Origin: an uncultured Planctomycetaceae bacterium
GTDB taxonomy: Bacteria; Planctomycetota; Planctomycetia; Pirellulales; Thermoguttaceae
DNA length: 64,000 nucleotides
Assembly: GCA_964631235.1 (NCBI GenBank)
Contig: CAZVZX010000013.1
Location: 15,013-79,012, forward strand
Reading direction: 5' to 3'
This document shows, piece by piece, positions 56,781 to 64,000 of the stretch. The notes under the pieces are model-generated. The model saw nothing but the letters and a program-made list of their open reading frames with translations, was not told the origin of the DNA and did not search any database. The position numbers were made by a program, and so were the translations under genes. The number at the start of each line of letters is the position of its first letter. Positions within the stretch are counted from its first letter, which is position 1.

Positions 56781-57247
56781 TTCTTTATGTCATTCACGCC
56801 GGATTTCTTGTTTTCTCGGCCATTATTAGAGCGACCAACGGAAGCGGGTTCTCGGCTGCGGCAGTACCGATCGGTCGGCGGCCCCACCGCCTTGCGACGA
56901 GAATGAATCCAGTCGGTCGTCTGCCGCGTGCCTACCTTGCGGAAAAATGAGATGTCGTTCGTTGATGGATCTCGCTGGTTCCCCTCGCATCATTCTTCTA
57001 GAGCAATGATAATCGGCCCGACTTTCCTCGGAAACACCCCAGCCGTTCGGAACAACGGCCCCGAACGGCAGCCACATCACACCGCCGAATACAAGACCGT
57101 TTGATTCAGGTGCGAAAGCGGTCGCCGGCGCGGCGGAGCGGCTCTGTTGCGTGCAGCCTCCGTTTAAACCGCGTGCCGTTTATCGCAGTTGTGCCTTGAA
57201 TTGCCGTCAACGCAGAGCTGAAACCGCGGCGAAACGGCCTGGATTCT

Positions 57248-58207
57248 TCATCGTGCGTTGTCGTCAGCGCGGACGCGCGCCGAAAAGACCGCACTGCCGT
57301 CGCCATCGGCCGACTGGAACTCCGACGGCTGCCGCCGCAGCACGCGGCAACGAACCCACTCAGCCGCCAATCGCACCGCAAAATAGGAATTTGCGCCTAG
57401 GTAGCGCCGCCAAAGCCGACGGGGTTCGCACCAAAGCCGGAAAAGCCATTCCAAACCGTATCGCTGCATCCAACGTGGCGCCATCGGTTTCATGCTGGCA
57501 TGGAAATCGAAGGCCGCCCCCACGCAGATCTGGACGGCACGAACGCGCGCGCGGTGTTCGTAGGCGAAATGATCTTGCTTGGGGCAGCCCAAGCCCAAGA
57601 AGACGATGCCGGCCCCGCTCTGGTTGAAGCGTTCGACGGTGGCGGCATCTTCCTCCGGTGTCAACGGGCGAAACGGCGGCGATTCGGCTCCGCAGATCTT
57701 CAACTCGGGGAACTGCGCCGCGAGATTCGCTCGCAGCCGTTCGACCACCTCGGGCGTCGCGCCGTAGAGATAGACACCCACCTCAGCCGCGGCGGCTCGG
57801 CGGCAGACTTCGAGCATCAACTGCGGACCGTACACTCGCTCGCGCAGCCCGGCCGAGCGCAGCCAGTTCATCGCCCAGCGGACCGGCTGGCCGTCGGGCG
57901 TGATCATCTCGAAACTGTTGGCGCGCCGCCGCAGTTCCGCGTCGCGCATGGCAGCCACAACGCCCGCCACCGGATGGCACGAAACGACCGCGGAAAGCCG
58001 TTGCCGGCCTGCGGCGACGATCGTCTCCGCTGCTTCTGCATAGTCGGTGCGGCTCACGCCGACGCCCATCACGTCGACCTTCGGCGGCCAATGCGGCGCA
58101 GGGGGAGTGCGTTCGGGCTCATCCCGGCGCAGCAACGGGGCGTCGCCGCGGCAATTGGTCGACGACGCGAATTCGGTCGTAGTCGTGGCAACGGATAACC
58201 GGTTCAT
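57248..58207 (-). CDS. WecB/TagA/CpsF-family glycosyltransferase
   Basis: VDVMGVGVS, ITPDGQPVRWA, VYLYGATPEV, FLGLGCPKQDHF and VGAAFDF. Confidence 0.8.
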   Translation of the reverse strand: MNRLSVATTTTEFASSTNCRGDAPLLRRDEPERTPPAPHWPPKVDVMGVGVSRTDYAEAAETIVAAGRQRLSAVVSCHPVAGVVAAMRDAELRRRANSFEMITPDGQPVRWAMNWLRSAGLRERVYGPQLMLEVCRRAAAAEVGVYLYGATPEVVERLRANLAAQFPELKICGAESPPFRPLTPEEDAATVERFNQSGAGIVFLGLGCPKQDHFAYEHRARVRAVQICVGAAFDFHASMKPMAPRWMQRYGLEWLFRLWCEPRRLWRRYLGANSYFAVRLAAEWVRCRVLRRQPSEFQSADGDGSAVFSARVRADDNAR

Positions 58208-59604
58208 AACTGCTGCTCCCTGCGGTGCGAGCCGCTTTGGGGCGATTCGTTGTTTTGCGGAATAGAAGGCGACTCGGTGGACTCATTCGTTCGATCTTGC
58301 ATCAACGGAGGCCGCAACACCGCTGCGGCGGCCATGCCGGCAAGCAAGTAGAACGGGACCGCTCCCTGCGGGCTTTCGAGGAAGTTGTCGAACGTGGCCC
58401 AAATGATGACAATCACCCAATAACACAACCCAAACGGTTGGCCGGAAACTCGATAGGCCTTCCAAAGAACTGTCGCTAGTGCGGCCTGCACGGCCGCAAA
58501 CAGCCCAACGCCGACCCATCCCGTGTAGCTGATCGCATAGACGAACACGTTATGCGGAGTGCGAAGTGGAACGTCGAAATCGCCCTCTGGGTGATGGCTC
58601 CAGATGGGATACCCGTAACCTGGGCCGACGAGAATCCACCATTGATCGCGATGCACCACGTGCCACAGTGATCGCCACCATTGGGTGCGCCACGAAACCG
58701 TCGTTGCGTAGCGTTCCGGATCGGGAATGTACTGCTGGGCCAGTTCCGGGGAAACGGCGGAAAGGGCGCGTCCGACAATGCCGCGGGCCGAAATCTCGCC
58801 GCCTCGGCCCGTTGGAGCCGGAATGCGCACATCCAAGACCCACGTGACTGCGAGCACGACGGTCGCGGTCGCGGCCGCAGCGAGCACCCAGCGGAGTTTT
58901 CCGGTGAGGAATCCCCACAGTGGAAAAGCGGCCGCCAGCGCCATCCAGATCGCCCGAACCTGAATGCCCAGAACCACGAACCCGTTGAGGGCCAACGGCA
59001 CTGCGGCTCGAGTGGCCGAGGGCGCAAACGCTGCAACGGCCAGCAATGCTGGGCCGGCACCGGAGGGTTGCCCGGCCCAGGCGACGGCATTCTCGTCGTC
59101 GCCGACGAGCGCACCGCCCTCGGCCAAACCCAACGGCGAAAGAACCGCAATGTAGGCGGCTCCGTAAATCCCCACGGTCCATGCCGCCCATCGTGCCACG
59201 CGCGGCAACATGTCGGGCCGGCTGACTCCCAAATACATGCCCGGGAAGAAGAACAACGGGTACACGTGAAACGCCAGGTTCTGTAAGGCGATTTTCGTGT
59301 TGTGCTGTTCGATGATCCCACGCAACGATTGCAACACACCGAAGCATAACGACACGGCCAACAGCACCGATAGTACCGTGATCGGCGTGCGCTTGGTAAG
59401 GTGATGAATCCACACGCCCTGCAGCGCCGACGAGCGGAAAACGGCCACCGCCAGCAGGAAGGCCTCGCCCACGTACAGCGGCGCGATGCCCAAATGCGCG
59501 AACGATCGGGTCATGCTCCAGTAACCGCATACGAGGATCACCGAAGCCCACTCGAACCACGACCAGCGTTGCGCGACCGATGATTCCGTCACGGTAAAGA
59601 TCAA
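58204..59604 (-). CDS. O-antigen ligase/polymerase-like integral membrane protein
   Basis: 466 aa with about 10-12 TM segments and a large loop late in the protein, typical of Wzy/WaaL-type proteins. Its stop overlaps the next start (ATGA at 58204-58207). Confidence 0.5.
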   Translation of the reverse strand: MIFTVTESSVAQRWSWFEWASVILVCGYWSMTRSFAHLGIAPLYVGEAFLLAVAVFRSSALQGVWIHHLTKRTPITVLSVLLAVSLCFGVLQSLRGIIEQHNTKIALQNLAFHVYPLFFFPGMYLGVSRPDMLPRVARWAAWTVGIYGAAYIAVLSPLGLAEGGALVGDDENAVAWAGQPSGAGPALLAVAAFAPSATRAAVPLALNGFVVLGIQVRAIWMALAAAFPLWGFLTGKLRWVLAAAATATVVLAVTWVLDVRIPAPTGRGGEISARGIVGRALSAVSPELAQQYIPDPERYATTVSWRTQWWRSLWHVVHRDQWWILVGPGYGYPIWSHHPEGDFDVPLRTPHNVFVYAISYTGWVGVGLFAAVQAALATVLWKAYRVSGQPFGLCYWVIVIIWATFDNFLESPQGAVPFYLLAGMAAAAVLRPPLMQDRTNESTESPSIPQNNESPQSGSHRREQQL

Positions 59605-59760
59605 TTAGTTCCGCAACTGTCTAATATCGAACAGATCCGGAGCTGTTCCGGAACTTAACATAAATGGCAAACACAGGTCGGTTGCTCCCGCGCCGATTCA
59701 CCGATCTTGGCCCCGTCGGCGGAAACCCGTCGATCAGGGCGTTACCGGGCTGCATCTCGA

Positions 59761-61143
59761 CTATTGAAGTGACTTGTCCATTGCCGCGATACTTTGCGGC
59801 AGTTCGGCCACATGGTCGATTGCCTGCCAGCAGGCCGCCATCTGCCACAGCGTAGAAACACATCGGCCCAAGACCAATCCGCAGGCCGCGCCGAATATTC
59901 CATCGTATAGTGTCAACAGCAAGCAGCCGGCAATCGTAACGAATGCGCCGGCGGCGTTGGCCGCGAAGTTCGCGCGGCCTTTCCGCAACGCCCACAGTCC
60001 GTTGATCGACGGCATACCAGCCGCCTCGACCACCATGGCCAAGGCCAACACCGGCACGACATGCATTCGATCGACGTATTCCGTGCCGAAAAGTAGGGCG
60101 AGAACCGGGGGGCTGAAGGCCGCCAGCAGCGTGCCGAGAACGGTCATGCCCAATGCCAGCCAGGCCGTGCCGGCAACCAGCGCCGATCGCATCCGGACAG
60201 GGCCTTCTCGCCGCAGCGTCCGCGTCAGGCTCGGCGAAAGGATGTTGTTGATGCTCAGCAGGAAGGGGTTGGCCAAGAGGACGATCGTCAGAAACGCGGC
60301 CAATTGGCCCGCCTCGGCCTTACTCAGCAGCAGCGCCGCGATCCACGGCGCCGCGGCACCGCGCAGTGTTTGCATCAACTGCGTTAAGAAAACCCACCGA
60401 CCGAACCGCCAATGGCGGACCGTCGTTGCGATGATCGACGTCGGTTGCCCTCCGCGCGCCCCGCCGACAGACCACCACGCGACCGCGACGGCGGCATAAC
60501 CAGCGGCAAACACCAAATAGGCTTTGACCGGCGTGAGCAAACCCATTCGGGCAAGCAGAAACAACCCGCCCACCTGAATGACGGCGCAGGCCCAGTCGAT
60601 CCGCACGGCCCGCCACGGCGCGAAATGCGCCAGGGCGTGTCTGCGGGCGAACTCCACCAAGAACAACATTGGTACGGTCGCTGTTGCGGCGGCGGCGACA
60701 GGGCCGAAGCCCACCGGATGCCCCACGAGCCAGATGACCGCGGCGGCGATGGCGAAGAAACCCGCCAGGATCAATCCGGAATAGACCGTCAGCAGCAGCG
60801 TGGCATGCGTGTAGCGACCGGTTCGGGCGGAGTCGGCCGACCATCGCTGAACGAACACATTGTACGGCAGAGCGACCAACGCCTCATGCACGCACAAGGC
60901 GAGCATGACCATCGAGAAGGCAAGGTAGTAGTCGCCCAACGCCTCTTTGCCGGCCCAGCGGCCGACGAAGATCGTGGCAGCGAAGCGGGTGCCGCTAACC
61001 GCAGCCTGATCGACCAGCGCCAACGCAACGGTGCGCGCAGCGCTTATCGAGAACCACGGCCTGCCGGGCCGAGCCGCGCGGGCTTCCGGCAGGGAAGAGT
61101 CGTTCGGGATTGATGCCGTGCTTTCCTTTGCCACGAAAATCAT
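59761..61143 (-). CDS. Polysaccharide flippase-like (MOP/Wzx family) membrane protein
   Basis: About 460 aa from ATG 61143 with about 12-14 TM segments. It overlaps the upstream gene by 4 nt (ATGA at 61140-61143). The family call rests on topology and context only. Confidence 0.5.
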   Translation of the reverse strand: MIFVAKESTASIPNDSSLPEARAARPGRPWFSISAARTVALALVDQAAVSGTRFAATIFVGRWAGKEALGDYYLAFSMVMLALCVHEALVALPYNVFVQRWSADSARTGRYTHATLLLTVYSGLILAGFFAIAAAVIWLVGHPVGFGPVAAAATATVPMLFLVEFARRHALAHFAPWRAVRIDWACAVIQVGGLFLLARMGLLTPVKAYLVFAAGYAAVAVAWWSVGGARGGQPTSIIATTVRHWRFGRWVFLTQLMQTLRGAAAPWIAALLLSKAEAGQLAAFLTIVLLANPFLLSINNILSPSLTRTLRREGPVRMRSALVAGTAWLALGMTVLGTLLAAFSPPVLALLFGTEYVDRMHVVPVLALAMVVEAAGMPSINGLWALRKGRANFAANAAGAFVTIAGCLLLTLYDGIFGAACGLVLGRCVSTLWQMAACWQAIDHVAELPQSIAAMDKSLQ

Positions 61144-62090
61144 ACTCCTCGAACGGTGTGCCGCACGCCCGCGGCCCTGGTCGTAGAATCGGCCGGGCGC
61201 GGTTCCGGCATTGGCGCCGTCGGACGTTTTCGCAACAGTCGCGATTGCCAACGTGGAATCCAGGCGTAATAGCCGTTCAATTTCCCGCGAAGCGTTGAGG
61301 CCGAATCCCAGGCATACACGAGAAACCGGCCCAAGTGGTACGGGGATGAGGCGGTCGAAACATACCCGCACTCGGTTGAAAGCGCGCAACTGACGCCGGC
61401 GGACATCGCAGCAGCGATCAATTCCTCACTCGAGTGCCCCGTGTACCTTCGCCCGAAGGGAAACGCAAACGGATACTGCCGACTGCCGAATCGAGCAAAT
61501 AGCCACTGGCACGAAACGGCCAAATCCTTACGCAAGGCATCTGCGCGCCCACGGAAGTCGGCATGCGTATGCGTGTGCGTTCCCAAATCGATTAGACCGT
61601 CGGCCGTCAATTCGATGCACTCGGTTTCCGAAAGGTGGCGATAGTCGTCCGCGGGAATGTGCTGCCGATAAGCGATGCACCACGGATCGAACGGCAGCGG
61701 TTCCTTTGAATCTACGAAGCCGGTACACACGAAAACGGTCGCCGGAATGTTCAATTCCTTCAAGATGGGATACGCGCGGTGGAACACGTTCGCATAACCG
61801 TCGTCGAACGTAACCGCCAAGGTGCGAGGGGCGAACCGACCTTCGCGCTGCATCGCGAGCATTTCCGCGAGCGGAACGAAGCGGTAACCGCTCTCTTGCA
61901 GGCCGGCGAGCTGTTCGCGGAAGACCTCGGGCGTGCAGTGAAACGCGCCCGGGCTAAGGCCCAGCGGCGTCGGCAACACGCCGTGATAACACAAGATGGC
62001 CGGCGCCCCGCGCGTGCGATCGCCGAACAGCCGCGATAGTATCGCAGCCGTTCGACCGCCGGCGGCGCGCACCCAATTTGCCAAGTTCAT
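61140..62090 (-). CDS. Polysaccharide deacetylase (NodB-homology) family protein
   Basis: ILCYHGV, LAVTFDDGYANVF and NIPATVFVCTG. ATG 62090 overlaps the upstream stop (ATGA at 62087-62090). Confidence 0.7.
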   Translation of the reverse strand: MNLANWVRAAGGRTAAILSRLFGDRTRGAPAILCYHGVLPTPLGLSPGAFHCTPEVFREQLAGLQESGYRFVPLAEMLAMQREGRFAPRTLAVTFDDGYANVFHRAYPILKELNIPATVFVCTGFVDSKEPLPFDPWCIAYRQHIPADDYRHLSETECIELTADGLIDLGTHTHTHADFRGRADALRKDLAVSCQWLFARFGSRQYPFAFPFGRRYTGHSSEELIAAAMSAGVSCALSTECGYVSTASSPYHLGRFLVYAWDSASTLRGKLNGYYAWIPRWQSRLLRKRPTAPMPEPRPADSTTRAAGVRHTVRGV

Positions 62091-63517
62091 CCCCCACCTC
62101 CCCCGCACGTTGTCGATTCGCACGAAGCCTCGTCGGGTTCGGCCTGCCCGCTTCCGTTGAGTTCGCTCGGCCGGCCGACGGCGTCATCCTCTTCACGGCC
62201 GTTGTTCTCAGAGACGCTTCGCGGTTCCCAAAGGAACCCCTCTCCCAGCACGCGGCGCAACACCGCGAGATAAATGCCGTCTCGCGCTGCAGGCATGTAC
62301 TCGGCGGCGCGCGCCAACGCCCCGCGGCTCAACGATTCGATGCGATTTGCATCGCTAGCCAAAGCGGCGATCGCTTTCGCAAGGTGGGAGATCGTCTCGA
62401 TGGGGCGAGTGACGGGAATCTTGATTCCGCAGTGCTCGGTGACGATATCACCAGCACCCTGATGGTCGAGGCAAATAACCGGGGCCCCGGCGGCCAGCGC
62501 TTCGAGAACGACCGTGCCGGTCGTGTCGCGAAGGCTGGTGAAGACGAAAACGTCGGCACGACGGCAGTGATCCAGCGCCTGGCTGCGCGGAAGCCAGCCG
62601 TGCCAAGTGATCCGATCGGTCAATCCCAAGCGTGCGGCCTGACGCATCCATCGCGTTCGGCTCCGACCATCGCCGACCACGTCCAACTGCCAGCGCGTTC
62701 GGGGCGGCAGTAGCGCCAGCGCGCTGAGGAGAAGGCCCAAACCTTTGAACTCATGAAACAGGCCCGACCAGAGCAACCGAAGCGTATCGCCACGCTGGTT
62801 CGCTCGGCGGATTCGCCCGGTCATCTGCGGCAATTGCACCTCGCACAGCAGCATCGAGTCGGCGCCGTGAACGCGACGGAAATCGTTTTGCGTGGTCGAA
62901 TTGGCCGTCATCAGCACAGCGGCCCGGCTTGCTGCCTTTCGCACCCGCATGCTCAATCGAAGTTGCAAATGATTCAACACGCCGCGAATCGCCTCGGCTG
63001 CGGCCGATCGCAGCGAAAGCGTCGGCAAGAATCGCCACGGCACGTTCTGCGTGCCGCCGATCGGTCCCCAAAGGAAGGGCACGCCGAGCTTCCACAAATA
63101 GCCTGGCTCGCGATAGCCGCAGTAGTTCAATTGATGTGCGGCATCGAAACGGTGTTTCTCGTGCAATCGCCGCGCGGCAGCGAATGCCCGGCGGTGCCAC
63201 CAGTTGTACGTGAGATAATAGAAACCCGGAATGCGTCCGAGTGCGCGCAGCCAACGAGGCTTTTCCACGAAAATGAAGTTCAGGCCCTCGGGACGCCCAT
63301 GTTCGCGCAAGTATCCCTCGACGAGGTCTTGGTAGGCTATTCTTTCGCAAATCACCCATGTATCGGCGAAGCGAGCCGCCTGGATCGCCCAATTCCATCC
63401 GACGGCCTCATCCGAACCGTGGCTCGGGCTGCATGCATAGGCCAGCAACAGCAACTTCGCGCGCCGGCGCTGCGGCAATGTGCTTGGCGGCGGAATAGAA
63501 CTGTTAGTAATCGTCAT
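62087..63517 (-). CDS. Glycosyltransferase, GT-B fold (GT4-like)
   Basis: 476 aa. The N-terminus LLLAYACSPSHGSDEAVGWNW is typical of a GT4 subfamily. The C-terminal donor-binding region is VFVFTSLRDTTGTVVLEALAAGAPVICLDHQGAGDIV. Confidence 0.7.
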   Translation of the reverse strand: MTITNSSIPPPSTLPQRRRAKLLLLAYACSPSHGSDEAVGWNWAIQAARFADTWVICERIAYQDLVEGYLREHGRPEGLNFIFVEKPRWLRALGRIPGFYYLTYNWWHRRAFAAARRLHEKHRFDAAHQLNYCGYREPGYLWKLGVPFLWGPIGGTQNVPWRFLPTLSLRSAAAEAIRGVLNHLQLRLSMRVRKAASRAAVLMTANSTTQNDFRRVHGADSMLLCEVQLPQMTGRIRRANQRGDTLRLLWSGLFHEFKGLGLLLSALALLPPRTRWQLDVVGDGRSRTRWMRQAARLGLTDRITWHGWLPRSQALDHCRRADVFVFTSLRDTTGTVVLEALAAGAPVICLDHQGAGDIVTEHCGIKIPVTRPIETISHLAKAIAALASDANRIESLSRGALARAAEYMPAARDGIYLAVLRRVLGEGFLWEPRSVSENNGREEDDAVGRPSELNGSGQAEPDEASCESTTCGGGGG

Positions 63518-63643
63518 TGGTCTTCGGACGCAACGAGAGGGCGAGTATCGGCCCGCAAAAATGCGCTAAATCAATCGCTGCGCTTGCGCGAGCGAGAGTC
63601 ACAAGATCATGGCAAACCGGGAAGGCCCTCGGAGAACGACCAA

Positions 63644-64000
63644 TCAACAACCATTGCGTCGCAGCAGCATGGCTGGCACGGTTTGTACGATCAGTTTCAG
63701 ATCGTGCCATAGCGTCCGCGATCGACTGTAGCGCAGGTCCATGCGCACCCACTCGATGAACGACACCTTCGACCGGCCGTGAACTTGCCAAATGCAGGTC
63801 AGCCCAGGGGTAACATCTTGGCGGCGGCGCAGCCAGCCGCGACACGCCTCGGCCTCCGCTACGGGCAATGGTCGCGGACCGACCAGCGTCATGTCGCCGC
63901 AGAGCACGTTCCAGAGTTGCGGCAACTCATCGATGCTCGTCTGCCGCAGGAACTTGCCCAAGCGGGTGATTCGCGGGTCGTTGCGAATCTTGAAGGCCGG
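63644..64000 (-). CDS. Polyprenyl-phosphate sugar phosphotransferase (bacterial sugar transferase family); 5' end outside the window
   Basis: Reading past the track start (which is a TTG Leu) gives PAFKIRNDPRITRLGKFLRQTSIDELPQLWNVLCGDMTLVGPRP, the hallmark C-terminal catalytic motif of WbaP/WcaJ-type initiating transferases. Confidence 0.8.
   Translation of the reverse strand, partial: PAFKIRNDPRITRLGKFLRQTSIDELPQLWNVLCGDMTLVGPRPLPVAEAEACRGWLRRRQDVTPGLTCIWQVHGRSKVSFIEWVRMDLRYSRSRTLWHDLKLIVQTVPAMLLRRNGC

Noticed and set aside
1-64000. I looked for mobile elements, prophage, defence systems (RM, TA, CRISPR-Cas, retrons, Abi-like NTPases) and rRNA/tRNA genes across the whole window.
   Set aside because: I saw no transposase, integrase, recombinase, reverse transcriptase, nuclease/helicase defence signatures or structured RNA hallmarks in any frame. 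The coding content is overwhelmingly housekeeping.

Overview
This is a 64-kb high-GC chromosomal segment. The gene content suggests a Planctomycetota/PVC-type genome, but that is inference only: a TAT-signal Gfo/Idh/MocA oxidoreductase, a giant secreted CxxCH + FGE-domain protein, a 2016-aa alpha-2-macroglobulin, and many long antisense shadow ORFs. I call 40 CDS, and most are housekeeping. On the minus strand there is a dnaK -> DUF1353 -> clpB -> hydrolase -> radical-SAM run. Other calls are pheA, kdsA, argG, ymdB-like, trmL, purE, nagA, nadE, an HK/NtrC-type (GAFTGA) two-component pair, dnaB, an nnrE-ybaB-recR-rpoN cluster, pfk and ctaA-ctaB. At the right edge sits a translationally coupled six-gene polysaccharide (O-antigen/EPS-like) cluster that runs off the window. 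I saw no rRNA, tRNA, CRISPR array, transposase, integrase, phage or recognisable defence genes, and I cannot point to a clear novel multi-gene system. The most interesting signals are non-coding. (1) A conserved ~70-nt intergenic element occurs in four clear same-strand copies (972, 1678, 13541, 46606), plus weaker degenerate copies. Two clear copies lie 40-60 nt upstream of start codons. (2) Near-consensus sigma-54 (GG-N10-GC) promoter sequences lie upstream of dnaK, of a small His/Tyr/Pro-rich secreted protein and of a FliL-like gene, in a window that also encodes RpoN and a GAFTGA enhancer-binding protein. (3) A 111-bp x 2.2 tandem repeat lies between argG and the ymdB-like gene. (4) There are two unusually long ORF-poor regions (756-1787 and 15059-16881). 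All coordinates for alternative starts, motifs and hairpins come from my own reading of the sequence. No database search or folding program was available.
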